A stretch of 64,000 bases of DNA from Mustelus asterias. Taxonomy: Eukaryota. Below, one piece after another: positions 39,197 to 50,475 of this stretch (its first letter is position 1; each line of letters opens with the position of its first letter). The translations under genes and the position numbers were made by a program. The stretch spans positions 62,001 to 126,000 of the forward strand of contig NW_027590274.1 of NCBI RefSeq assembly GCF_964213995.1, written 5' to 3'. Below the pieces are notes generated by a model. That model saw nothing but the letters and a program-made list of their open reading frames with translations. It was not told the DNA's origin and made no database searches.

Positions 39197-39497
39197 ATGA
39201 GATATCTGTGTCTCTTTATACTGTTATCTCTAAACTCCATCTCCTCTCAATGCCGTGTGTCATACATTCGCTTTCCTTGCTTTCCAGGTGAAGATCGGGT
39301 TCACCAACTCTCTGTGTCTGTATCAAGCAGCTAATTGACCCTGGGAAATGAACAACCAGAGGGAACTTGATGAGAGGCAGCGACAGAAACAGGAAGAGAA
39401 GCGACAGGATAATGTTTCATAAATGAGTTCTGCCAGTTGCTCTCCGTGGTGAATGTCTGTCGTGTGTTACCTTGTAAGTTTCACAGAAGCCACAGTG
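39197..39497 (+). pseudogene. possible highly eroded V relic
   Basis: Leader-like MRYLCLFILLSL; acceptor TTCCAG followed by GEDRVHQ; SVVCY-like segment; CACAGTG at 39491 without a nonamer. Confidence 0.35.
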
Positions 39498-39747
39498 ATG
39501 AGTTTGGTGAGATTTGGAAATTGAAAGTGCCACATGACCAGCTTGCGGTACTATTTCACCTCACGGTCGATTTCATGTTGCAGCTAACAGGATTCGCTGT
39601 TTTAATTGGCTGAACAGTCCCTTGGGTTCGATCTAAACATGACAATTTAAAGGAGAAACTTGTTTTTTGTGAATAAAGAGTCTGAAATAAAAATAAAAGG
39701 CAGAAGGCTCATGGATAAATCAATCTTTTAAAGAACTTAGGCTAGCT

Positions 39748-39819
39748 TCCCTGGTGGTCTAGTGGTTAGGATTCGGCGCTCTCACCGCCGCGGCCCGGGT
39801 TCGATTCCCGGTCAGGGAA
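39748..39819 (+). tRNA. tRNA-Glu-CTC: tRNA-Glu(CTC), intact
   Basis: Matches the canonical vertebrate Glu-CTC sequence. Confidence 0.97.
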
Positions 39820-40424
39820 AATAGATATATTGCTGCGTCAACATCCTGCGTTACTTCCAGGTTTGTACCAGTTCTGTGGGAATCAGCAGCAGGTCGGTTT
39901 CCTCTTTTGTGTCTGAATTGGAAATGTCACATGTCAAGAACAAAAAAAAGAGAGTAATAGGATACAAAGCGCTCACGATATAGATGGTGATGTCGGCTAA
40001 GATCTGGCTGTTGATGGAGTAGATTTTATTATTTCTACTGACATAAATAGCTCGCAGGTCTGGGTCCAAATCTCGGACTCAGTGACAAGAAGACCTTTAA
40101 TTGTAACTCTCCGACCTCCAGTGAAGTGGAGGCAGTTTTCACTCAGAAAGCAGTAACTGTGAGATTAACAGCGCGGGATGGAGAAAGACTCAGTTTGAGC
40201 GGTGACGCTGCCGGAGGAATGGAGAGCTGGAGTTCACCCAGAAAAGCAGCAAAGTTGCTTCTTCTGTACAAACCTCCTTCTGTACAAACAGTGGCCCCCA
40301 ACTTGGGGCTGGAAGCCACCGTCCATTAACGCTGATAAGTTAATGATGATCAGCAGAATATCCACAAAATGGTTTATCACAGGTTGGTACTAACACTGCA
40401 GTAAAATTAAATGCAGTAGAATAG

Positions 40425-40870
40425 GACGGCATGGTTTCACAGTGGTTAGCAATGATGCCTCACAGCGCCAGTGGCTCAGGTTAAATTCTCGGGTCACTCT
40501 GTGTGGAGTTTGCACGTTCTCCCCGTGTCTGCGTGGGATTCCTCCGTGTGCTCCGGTTTGCTTTCCAAACATGTGTGAGAGACGGCCCGAGTGGGGTGGA
40601 GGGAGAGGGGGCAACAAAATGGAAAGTGAGATTTTAAATAAACAATGCAAAACATGGAAATTTAAAAAAAAAAATAAATATATATAAAAAGATATAAAGT
40701 AATAAAAATAAATAAGTAAGATCAAACGAAATAAAACAAAATAAATGGAAATGGGGAGAAGATGGAGGAAAGGAGATGCTCTGAAGTTGTTGAATTCAGT
40801 GTTGAGTCTGGAACGCAGTCAGTGCCGAATCGGGAGATCGGGCGATGTTCCTCCAGTTTGCATTGGAATT
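40425..40870. mobile_element. SINE 5' part (+) abutting a Penelope-like 3' fragment (-)
   Basis: SINE head at 40425-40570; 40575-40870 resembles the reverse complement of 62720-62950. Confidence 0.65.
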
Positions 40871-41489
40871 CCTCCTGATACCATTGTTTATTGCCCCTTC
40901 CGTCACGTTACTGATGATCAGGAGTAGACTGATGGTAATTTGCGGCGTTGGATTTGACCTGATATTTGTAAACCGGGTAATCTTGGGCAAATTGAAGCAT
41001 TGGCGGTTAGATGGCAGTGTTGTAGCGTAGGAACAGCTTAGCTCGGATTGCGGTAAGTTCTGAATCTGAATTCTTCAGCACCATTGCCAGAATATATTTT
41101 TATGACCATAGCATTGGCTGTTTTCAATGCTTTCAACTTTCTTTTTCTTTAATTCAAATCAAATGGAATTGGCATTTTTTCCGTTCAGTGTCTTCCCCAC
41201 TCCGTCTCTATCTTTCTCTTTGTCGATCTGCGTCGGTTATTCCCTCGCTCAGTCTCTCCATACAATTCCCCTCTTTTGTTCTTTTTTATTCATCCTATTC
41301 TCTCCATGTCTGGGTGGAATCAAGCTTCATTGAATTGATTCCTGAGATGAGGTGGTTGTTGGGCCGGGGACCCATCTTGATCTGAAGTGGCGGAGGAGAC
41401 TCAACGGGACATGTGATCCAATCCCGCCTCATTGGTTCTGTTCACTGCCAATACCAGCTCTGGTAGCAATCACTTCTGATGGTGTCACT

Positions 41490-41563
41490 GATAAGAATTC
41501 GAGGACACTTAATTGAGGATAGCGCTCTTTGTGGACGAGTGGGTTCAAACTCCCCCACCGTCA
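41490..41563 (+). pseudogene. tRNA-Leu-like relic
   Basis: Long variable arm and GTGGGTTCAAACTCCCCCACCGTCA; paralog at 63335-63400. Confidence 0.45.
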
Positions 41564-41770
41564 GATATTCACTTCATTTGCTTTAAACGTTAAGAATAAA
41601 GTTGGTCAAACACGTGATCGCCAAAATGTTTCGCAGTGGAATGTATTATCATTCATTTTGATGAGAGGAACCAGAAGAGGCAATGTAAAATGAGAAACTA
41701 ACGGGATTGTGGAAGCAGTTTTGTTGCTTCTCCAGTAAACCAGATCTTCTTCAGCTGCAAGAGCTGCTGT

Positions 41771-41843
41771 GTTTCTGTAGGGAAGTGGTTACCACGTTGA
41801 CCTCACACGCGAAACGTTCCTGGTTCAAGACCGCGTCGAAGCA
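41771..41843 (+). pseudogene. tRNA-Val(CAC) pseudogene
   Basis: GTTTCTGTAGGGAAGTGGTTACCACGTTGACCTCACACGCGAAACG.. Confidence 0.78.
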
Positions 41844-42061
41844 TTCCCAAATGTTTTTTATTGCTCACGGATTCATACTTCAGAATTATTCTCGTTTCTC
41901 ACGAAACTTTAATTGAACGGTTGAGTTATTGCAGCATTTAAGTCAGGAATTGCTCTGTAATGAGAACAAAACGGAAGGTATGTGATAGAGAGCTAGACAA
42001 GATGGATTAACTGACACAGGTAATGATGGACAAGTGCAACATTGAGCTGGTGATGGTGGAG

Positions 42062-42115
42062 TCCGGGTGATCTATTGCTGCCGAATCAGTGTTTTCACCG
42101 CCAGGGCCCGGGGTT
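42062..42115 (+). pseudogene. tRNA-Glu(TTC)-like relic
   Basis: GTGATCTA..TTTCACCGCCAGGGCCCGGGGTT. Confidence 0.5.
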
Positions 42116-42799
42116 TATAACAATCGATAACTAAGTAGAACATCTTGAATTTGCTCTGTTTGTGGGGATAATTGAATCTGAACACAAGGAAAAAGGTGCA
42201 TTTTACTGGAATCATAAAGTGATATCGAGATTGAGTGAATGTGTCTCAGGCGAAAGTGGCCTGAAATGAAGCAATGAGTAAAGCGACGATGATCAGCTGA
42301 TTGCAAATCTCTTAAATCAGCTTCACTGGAAGTTTCGTGGTCAGGATTCAGTACGGTGGTTCGGGTTTGATTTCCACCCAAGGAGTGGGTGTAAATCAAA
42401 CCCGATTATCATTCTATAATCAAATTATAGAACTTTCTATGATTCTTCATTGAATTCAAACACACCTCACAGCATCTGTGAAGGGCGAAGCAAGATTAAT
42501 CTTCCAGCTGGAAGAACTTGCACTAGAGTTGGAAAAGTCAGAGATGTAACATCAGCAATAAGCTCTGACGAAGAATCACACGGCAAACACACGGCAGACA
42601 GTGGTCACTGAACGTAACTGACACATTTCAAATTCTGCCGCTTTGCATTAACATCTTTGAACTTCGTATTCTCCATCTCAGACATTTCCTATGAATCAAA
42701 TATTACCCACAAAATCTTCGCTCTGATGCTCGTTCCACTGATTATAGAAGAGTAACTGTTAAAATGGGCATGCGGTTGGCTTCATAGCTCAGAGCGCCA

Positions 42800-42855
42800 G
42801 TCATCGTGGCTGTCTGGTTAACGTGATGGAGTTTAAATCCATTGGGATTTCCCGC
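42800..42855 (+). pseudogene. tRNA-Ser relic (5' part)
   Basis: TCGTGGC..TGGTTAACGTGATGGA..AAATCCATTGGGATTTCCCGC resembles the Ser consensus. Confidence 0.6.
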
Positions 42856-43412
42856 TTCTGATTATTCCTGGTTTGAACTTTGTGTCCACAGAGCGAATTG
42901 AATCAAATCCACCCAAACACTCGGGCGGTTGCACATTTCCGTTCATTCACCAAAGCATCACGGAACCTGCAGTCAGAAATGGAACAGAGACGGAGCCAGG
43001 TTGTGTTTTCAGTATGTTGTCTCTCCTTCGGCCTCTGTCACGCTGGGTGCGTGTATGTGTCTGGGTTTCTCTGTGTGCGTCAATGTGCTTTAGCTCCCCC
43101 TTGGAAATGAACAGCTTTTTACCGTCACAAAATTATCCACAATAGTTCAAAAGTTTAATCATGAAATGTTTCAGAGAAAAGATCAGAGTGAAAGATGTAA
43201 GAGGAGTTTGTAATGTTTGGAAGGAGGTGCAGCAAATAAATAGAAGATGGGAATGATGTTACTGCTGACTGAGAGGAATGCAATGTAACGGTGGGGATTT
43301 TATTGATCGGTTAACTGTAAACGTTGGATTCAGAACAAGCTGAGGCACCAGATGGAAACAGCGTTTGGCTTCACGTATGTTAAGAAAGGGTGCAAGCATC
43401 GCTACAGCAGGA

Positions 43413-43483
43413 GGACGGTTAGCTTAGTCGCAGCATATCAGATGTAATTTCAGAATCGTTGGTTGCAGCCCCACGTTAGACTC
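43413..43483 (+). pseudogene. tRNA-Lys(CTT)-like pseudogene
   Basis: CGGTTAGCTTAGTCG..TAATTTCAGAATCGTTGGTTGCAGCCCCACGTTAG; an inverted paralogous relic lies near 40290-40350. Confidence 0.6.
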
Positions 43484-44418
43484 CATCGTGTTTAATCTTT
43501 GCTGCTTTCCTGGGTGACTCCAGCTCTCCATCCCTCCGGCAGCGTCACCAATCAAACTGAATCTTTCTCCATCCCGCTTTGTTGATCTCAGTGAAGGAAT
43601 GAAAATTGCAATCAATAAAGGTGAAAGAGTTTAATGTTCATTCGGTGAGAAGTTTTCTTCTTCGCCTGGGAATTTGTATCCAGAAATGCGTGATATTTTT
43701 GTCAGTATAAACGGGTCAATCTGGCCCATTAGCACCCAGACGTTACGTTGTATCACGATCTCTATCGGCAGAACCTTACAATCTATCACTGTCCTTCACT
43801 ATCTGTGTTTGTCCTTTACCTGTTGCACATGTGACATTTCCAGCTCGCAAGCCAACTACAAATCTCACTCCACTGATTCTGACAGAGCTGCTTTCGATCA
43901 GGAAGTACTTCAAGTTTTTTTAAAATCAAAACCATTAAATCTTAGTACATCGAAGCCAGTCTGCGACCCTGAAAACGCCGACCCCTCACCACTCGATGAC
44001 CAGGATCCCACCTGCCCGATTCTCCCAGATACTGATTACAGCAATGTGCACAGTGCCAATTATCCACAGTCACACTCTGCTTCCTGTCTGTTAAGGTTAG
44101 AAATTGTTCACATTTTCACACTGGCTTCCAATGCGACGAAAATAGAGGGTGAACAGCTGATGCTGTTCAGTAGATTTACCACAATAGAGTTTCTAACAGG
44201 TCGATGCTAACATTGCTGTTTGAATGTGGTGAGCTGCAGTGAAATTCAATGCAGTTGAAGGTAGAGTACTCATTATTTTCGGAGGAAACAGCAGGGCAAT
44301 GTCAGTATGAATTGCTGTGGGTAATTGACGGGATTGTGGAATGGGAATGATTTTTCTCCCTGCTGTTCAGACTGGCACAGGTATTGCATGATTATTTGCA
44401 GGCGGATATTGTGCGTTG

Positions 44419-44490
44419 GGTTCCGTGGTGTAATGGTGAGCACTCTGGACTCTGAATCCAGCGATCTGAGTTCAAATCTCGGCGGAACCT
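44419..44490 (+). tRNA. tRNA-Gln-CTG: tRNA-Gln(CTG), likely intact
   Basis: 72 nt; stems pair, with a compensatory G-C pair in the acceptor stem and one G.U in the T-stem. Confidence 0.92.
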
Positions 44491-44743
44491 TGGTCAACGC
44501 TGATGGTTGATTTGCCGAAGGGCGTTTCGTTCAATTTTTTCACAACGTACGAATCGAGAGGGCAATTTGTCAGCCAGTTCAACTGCTATTACAATGCGCA
44601 TTGCTGAGCCTCTGGCGCCAGATGCCTGGCGCATCAATGTCTTTTCATATTTTATCTTCTCTTTAATTCCTCTGTTGAAAGAAAGGAGCAGCTGGTGCCA
44701 CACAGCAACAGCCCTTCGAATGGAGTCCAGCAATTATTGAGCA

Positions 44744-44744
<1 letters not shown>

Positions 44745-44775
<31 letters not shown>

Positions 44776-44805
44776 CGCGTGCGCGTGAGAGAGAGAGAGA
44801 GAGCG
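44745..44805. repeat. compound microsatellite (TG)n(CG)n(GA)n
   Basis: Seen directly. Confidence 0.9.
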
Positions 44806-45200
44806 AGTGTAGGTACGTGTGTGTGTTTTGGGAGACAAGTCTTCGGTCACTGTGCTGTCGATTCCATGGTGTAACGGATCGCACTCTGGCCTCTCGCTTC
44901 CGAACTCTTTAAATTGGGACAGATGAGTGAGTGAATGACACGACACATGAAGATGGACCCCCCCCCCCCTCCCCCCGCCTTTCTACAGTGGCTTCCCTGC
45001 CTCTCAGCGCATTGTATTCCTGAGCAATCATCCTCTGGGGCTGATGCAATGACGCCAGGAGAGGCATTCGCTGCAGCGTCTGCAATTTGAATGCCGTGGA
45101 ATTTGCTGAGATTTCGTCAGTGTTGAGATTTACACTTTCTGACAATTTAAAATAAAATGCCCTTCTGCAAACCCGTCATCGGCTTTAGCAAAACAAATCA

Positions 45201-45272
45201 AGGTTTTGCCACGATACGAACTCGAATTGCTGGATTCAGATTCCAGAGCGCTCACCGGTACACCACAGATCT
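45201..45272 (-). pseudogene. tRNA-Gln pseudogene
   Basis: Reverse complement of the Gln consensus, degraded. Confidence 0.75.
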
Positions 45273-45508
45273 CAGAACGCGCCCATTGCCGGCAAATGAT
45301 CACTCGAACAATTTGATCTCTTTCATTCGATGTGACAGCAACAGCAAGTATGATAACAATGTGTCGTTATAGGCCACCGTTGATATCAGAAAAGCTCAGA
45401 AGGCAGAGTGCCCCAAATCTCAAATTATTTCATCGCAAGACCTATCGGGAGATATCTCCAGAAATAGCCATGTTTCGCAGGTCATTTGCAAGTCATTGCG
45501 GTGCTCTG

Positions 45509-45580
45509 TGTTCCGTGGTGTAATGGTGAGCTCGCTGAACTTTCAATGCTGCGATCTGAGTTCAAATCTCGGTGGAGCCT
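45509..45580 (+). pseudogene. tRNA-Gln pseudogene
   Basis: A and B boxes intact, anticodon arm mutated. Confidence 0.8.
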
Positions 45581-45878
45581 TGCTCTCCTTTACCAATGCT
45601 GATAATTGATTTTCTCCATGACATTTATTCTCCATTTGTCACCATGTACGAATCGAGAGGGCACTTTGTCAATACACATTGCTGAGACTCTGGCGCCAGA
45701 TGCTTGTAGCATCAGTGTTTTTCTTTTATCATCTTTCGCTACTCTTTGACGTTCTGTCGAATCAGAGGAGCAGTTGGTGTCAAACAAAAACCCGACTGGA
45801 GCCTGGCAATTATTGAGCAAGAGTGTGTTTGTGTGAGATTTGGGTGAAAGATCTCCCGCATTAAAACAGCGCCCAGTT

Positions 45879-45950
45879 GGTTCCATGGTGTAACGGTGAG
45901 CACTCTGGACTTTGAATCCAGCATTCCGAGCTCGAATCTCAATGAAACCA
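45879..45950 (+). pseudogene. tRNA-Gln(TTG), 3' stems degraded
   Basis: GGTTCCATGGTGTAACGGTGAGCACTCTGGACTTTGAATCCAG.. Confidence 0.82.
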
Positions 45951-46517
45951 CTATTCTCAACGCCCGAACTCCTGCTTAACTTGGGGCAGATGACTCAGTG
46001 AATTATATCGGTAGAATAACTGTGGTTAGCACTACTGCCTCCCAGTAACAGGGCCCGTGTTCAGTTCTGGCTTCGGGTGACTGTGTGCAGTTTGCACATT
46101 CTCCCCGTGTCTGTATGTGCGGAAGAAAACCGAGCACACGTCCTATAAGACAAAAATGTGCGGATTAGGTTGATTGGTCATGTTACGTTACCCTTAGAGT
46201 CAGGGGATTAACTGGGTAAATATGCGGGATTACAGGGATGGAGACTGGGTGCGTTTGCTGCTGGTGCCGGATGAGCCAAATTGCTTCCTTCTACACGATA
46301 AGGGTTCTATGATTCTGCCTCCGAACTCTTCATTTTCTTGAGCAATCGTCCTCTGTGACTGAAGCCATGAAGCTAGGAAATCATTTCCTGCATCGTCTGC
46401 AATGTGGATGCGGTGGAATTTGCTGAAATTTCTTCAGAGTTTAAAATTTCACTTTCTGCCAATTTTAAATAAAATACCCTTCAGCAAACCAATCATCGCC
46501 TTTAGCAAAGAAAAGCA

Positions 46518-46589
46518 AGGCTCCACCGAGATCTGATTTCAGATTACTGGATTCAGAGTTCAGAATGCTCACCGTTACACCACACAACC
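46518..46589 (-). pseudogene. tRNA-Gln pseudogene
   Basis: Reverse complement of the Gln-CTG consensus, degraded. Confidence 0.75.
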
Positions 46590-46631
46590 GGGAACATGGG
46601 CGCCACTTGCAAATCGTCACCAACCGCATTT

Positions 46632-46703
46632 GGTTCTGTGGTGAAACTGTGGGCACTCTAGAGTCTGAATCCAGAGATCTGAGTTCGAATCTCCTTGGAA
46701 CAT
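46632..46703 (+). pseudogene. tRNA-Gln pseudogene
   Basis: GGTTCTGTGGTG..TCTGAATCCAGAGATCTGAGTTCGAATCTC. Confidence 0.75.
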
Positions 46704-46744
46704 TGTTTTTCTTTGCCAATTCTGATGATTGATTTGCTAGATGA

Positions 46745-47092
46745 TATTTGATTTGATTTTGATTTAATTTATTATTGTCACGTGTATTAGTATACAGTGA
46801 AAAGTATTGTTTCTTGCGCATTATACAGACAAAGCATAACGTTCATAGGGAAAGAAATGAGAGAGTGCAGAATGTAATGTCACAGTCATAGCTAGGGTGT
46901 AGAGAAAGGTCAACTTAATAGAAGGTAGGTACATTCAAAAGTCTGATGGGAGCAGGACAGAAACTCTTCCTGAGTCAGCTGGTACGTGACCTCAGACTTT
47001 TGTATCTTTTTTCCCAACGGAAGTAGGTGAAAGAGAGAATGTCCAGGGTGCGTGGGGTGCTTAATTATGTTGGCTGCTTTGCCGAGGCAACC
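46745..47092 (-). mobile_element. Rex1-like LINE 3' fragment
   Basis: Reverse complement of 30110-30452, including the (GATTT)n tail. Confidence 0.88.
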
Positions 47093-47258
47093 GAGGTTTA
47101 ACTTTCTCACAAAGTATGAATCGAGAGGACAATTTGAAAGCCAGTTCAACTTCAATGACAATGCACATTGCAGAGAAAATGTGTGTGTGTGTTTGTGTGT
47201 GTGTGACTAAGAGAAAGATCTGGGAAAATGGCCTGCTGCCTTAAACCAGTGGCCTGTC

Positions 47259-47330
47259 GGTTCTATGGTGAACTGGTTAGCTTTCTGGTTTGTGAATCAA
47301 GCAAACTGAGTTCGAATTTCCGTGGAGCCA
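47259..47330 (+). pseudogene. tRNA-Gln pseudogene
   Basis: Positional and sequence homology to 45879-45950. Confidence 0.68.
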
Positions 47331-47919
47331 CTATTCTTTTCGTTCTAAGTCTTGTTTAAATTGGGAGAAAGGACTCAGTAAATGATACCGGTTGGGGAAC
47401 CCCTGCACTCTGTGGCATTTCCGGCACGGTGGCACAATGCTACCTCACAGTGTTAGGCACCGGGTTTCAATTCTGGCTTCGGGTGACATTCTGCAGTTTG
47501 CACATTCTCCCCGTGTCTGCGTGTGTGGAAGGAAGCTGAGCATCCGGCGCAGAATCCAAAGGTGTGTGGGTAGGTTGATTGGCCATGCTACTTTGCCCGT
47601 AGTGTCAGGGGGACTAAGAGGGTAAGTGTATGGGGATAGGGCCAGGGTGTGATTGTTATCGGCGCAGGCTCGATGGGCCGAATGGCTTCCTTCTGCACTG
47701 CAGGGATTTTATGATTCTGCCTCCGAGCTCTATTCTTTCTTGAACAATCGCCCTCGAGGGCTGAAGCAATAACACCAGGAGAATCATTCGCTGCATCGTC
47801 TGCAATGTGATTGCGGTGGAATTTGCTGAAATTTCCTCAGAGTCTAAAATTCACTTTCTGAGAATTTCAAATAAAATGTCCTTCAGCAAACCAATCACCG
47901 GCTTTAGCAAATAGAAGGA

Positions 47920-47991
47920 ACGTTTCACCGAGATCTGAACTCGTATTACTGAATTCAGAGTCCAGAGTGCTCACCATCACACCACTTAACC
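47920..47991 (-). pseudogene. tRNA-Gln pseudogene
   Basis: TTCAGAGTCCAGAGTGCTCACCATCACACCAC on the + strand. Confidence 0.75.
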
Positions 47992-48794
47992 AGGAACAGA
48001 GCCGCCAGATGCAAATGGTCACTCAAAGTATGTGACCTCCTTCATTCAATGTGGGAGGAACAACAAGTGGATCAATTGCTTTGAGCGACCATTTGAAGCC
48101 GACTGATCTGTTGTCGGTTTTCTGGTCTAACTGTGAGCACTCTGGATCCAGCGAACCAGGTTTAAGTTTAGTTGGATCCTTGCTCTTCTTTCCCATTGCT
48201 GAGGATTAGTTTGTGAAACGACCTTTTATTTAAATTTCTCATGAAGTAGGAATCTGGAGGACAGTTTGTCAGCCAGTTTAACTTCTCTTACATTGCACAT
48301 TGCTGAGCCTCTGGGGACAGATGCCTGCAACAACAATGTTTTGTTTCCATCTTTTCGCGACATACACAATTGTTTCCTTTTCTTCATGTTGAGCTCCTGT
48401 TTTCTCTTTTTGGTGTCTGTTACAGTTGTACATATATTGGGCAGCTCAGAGCACACGTGCTCTGTTCTCAATATGAAAATCAATTGTTATGTTCCCTTCT
48501 GTGAACTTTAAAAAAACGTTTCTGTAAAATGTTCTCTGAATTTTTAAAGTAAATCTTGAATAAAAAATGAATAAATCATCACTTTGCCAAACTCCTTTCC
48601 CCATCAGGCAAAATGGATATCCATCCTTGTGTTCAATCTGCGCTTCAAACCAAATCTCTCAGAGTAAAATATAATTCTCTTCCCCACTGCACGAGGCACG
48701 CTTTCCAAGTATAAGGATCTCCCACACCACAACACAGTCCTGTGCAATCTCTCAGGGAGAAGTGGAACATTGAGGCTCATAATTCGAACAAATG

Positions 48795-48807
48795 CCACCA
48801 GAGGGCG
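48795..48807 (+). promoter_or_regulatory. CTCF-like core motif
   Basis: CCACCAGAGGGCG fits the consensus CCASYAGRKGGCR; about 1.2 kb upstream of the intact V. Confidence 0.6.
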
Positions 48808-49981
48808 TTTCAGCATTACTCGAGTTTCAGCATTGGGATATTGACTCGCTCTCAGTGAATATATGCCAGATACATACTTTCATACCTAACATAAATGGAC
48901 ATTAATGATTGCAACCCAGTTCAATGCAACCAAAATTAGCTACTTGAATAGGCATCTACGGAACTATGGCCAAAAGTTCCTCAGCAACAGCACTGGTCGG
49001 CAGCTCAGTCTCGATATTGACATTCTCAATTAAACATTCGCCTTTAAAGCATTTTCAACATTGAGAGCAGAACGGTAGAATACACTGGAGTGTTTTACCT
49101 ACAGTGACGTGTGATGCGACAATGACCATGCTCCAATGTCGGCTGCAGGTTCCAACAGTCAATGCTTTTCCATTTTTTCAAATCTACTTGCCTGAATATC
49201 ATAGAAACATCGGATCCCTACAGTGCAGAAGGAGGCAATTTGGCCCATTGAACCTACACCGACTCCCTGACACCAATCCTACTCAGGCCCTATCCCCGGA
49301 AGCCCATATATTCAGCCCGCTAATCCCCCTAACCGACACACACATCTTGGGACACTAAGGGGCATGTGAGCTCGGCCAATCCACCTAACCTGCATAGCTT
49401 TGGAGTTTGGGATGAAACAGCAGCACCGGGAGGAACTTTCTATTACTGGAAAAGCTAGATGTGCTACGCATCCTCTTTCACCATATTAATAGTCCCGAGA
49501 GACCACAGCAGTTTAAGAACCTGCACATCCCCTCTCCTTCTCAAGGGTAATTAGGAATGGAGTTGAAATCTAGACTTCCCAGTAACGCTGACATTACTTC
49601 ATGTATTAATAATAATTAAAGCCCGTGAGAGGAATTTCACTGCAGTCATGGTTATCACTACGCTGATAGTGGAGCAAAATCCGTGAAAACAAAGTGACAA
49701 ATTCATTCAAAAATTATTTACTTTCTTTAGTACAATTAAGGTGAAGGTGTTCCTTCCCCAACTCCGGTGGACAATACGGGAAGCATTTTCTCTGCAAGAA
49801 TAGTGACTGTAATGCAGCTCGGGGTGATTCTCTTTGCTATCTGCCGGCCTCACAGCACCAATGGAAAAGCAAGGAAGTGAGGTGAGTACAGCCTGAGACA
49901 CGGCAGCAGATTATTGAGGGCGGGGTTTAGAAAGGGTGGCTAAATATCCAACCCTCCCCTTTCACAGAGCGGACAGAGACA

Positions 49982-50436
49982 ATGCGGCTGCTCAGCATCT
50001 GGGTTGTGTGGGGAATATTTCTGGCAGGTAAATGTGGATGCGTTCTTCCATTCCCCAAGCTTGATTGGAATCAAATTTCAACCAGCCACCGGTCTATACT
50101 TTTCCTGATTAATTTATTATATTCCAGATCTGAGTCATGGAGATTCTGTCACTCAGCCGCTGCCCTCAGATGTTAAGGCAGAAGGAGCAGCGCTCATATT
50201 CACCTGTAACTATGAAACTACACAGAGAAACTATGCATTACACTGGTACCGCCAACTCCCAGGAAACCATCCCGAGTTTATAGTGTGGAGAAGTACATAC
50301 AACAGTGAAGATAAAGCAGATTTTGCCAAAAGCCGTTTCTCTATCGAGCTTCATACATCGACTAAATTCACCAGTTTAACTGTTTCGGATCTGCAGCTGA
50401 CTGATGTCGCCGTGTATTACTGCGCTTTACAGCTAT
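49982..50436 (+). CDS. intact TCR alpha/delta V segment; leader exon 49982-50027, V exon 50128-50436
   Basis: MRLLSIWVVWGIFLA|DLSHGDSVTQPLPSDVKAEGAALIFTCNYETTQRNYALHWYRQLPGNHPEFIVWRSTYNSEDKADFAKSRFSIELHTSTKFTSLTVSDLQLTDVAVYYCALQL; phase-1 GT-AG intron; both Cys and the Trp are present. Confidence 0.95.
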
Positions 50437-50475
50437 CACAGTGATGGAAAGCTGTCTCACCCCTGCACAAAAACT
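50437..50475 (+). other. 23-RSS, near consensus
   Basis: CACAGTG + 23 nt + ACAAAAACT. Confidence 0.95.

Larger units (their letters stand above)
44400..48360. repeat. tandem array of a three-Gln-gene unit (+,+,-), three units plus one extra copy
   Basis: Gln copies at 44419(+), 44860(+, truncated), 45201(-), 45509(+), 45879(+), 46518(-), 46632(+), 47259(+), 47920(-) and 48117(+), with homologous spacers. Confidence 0.88.
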
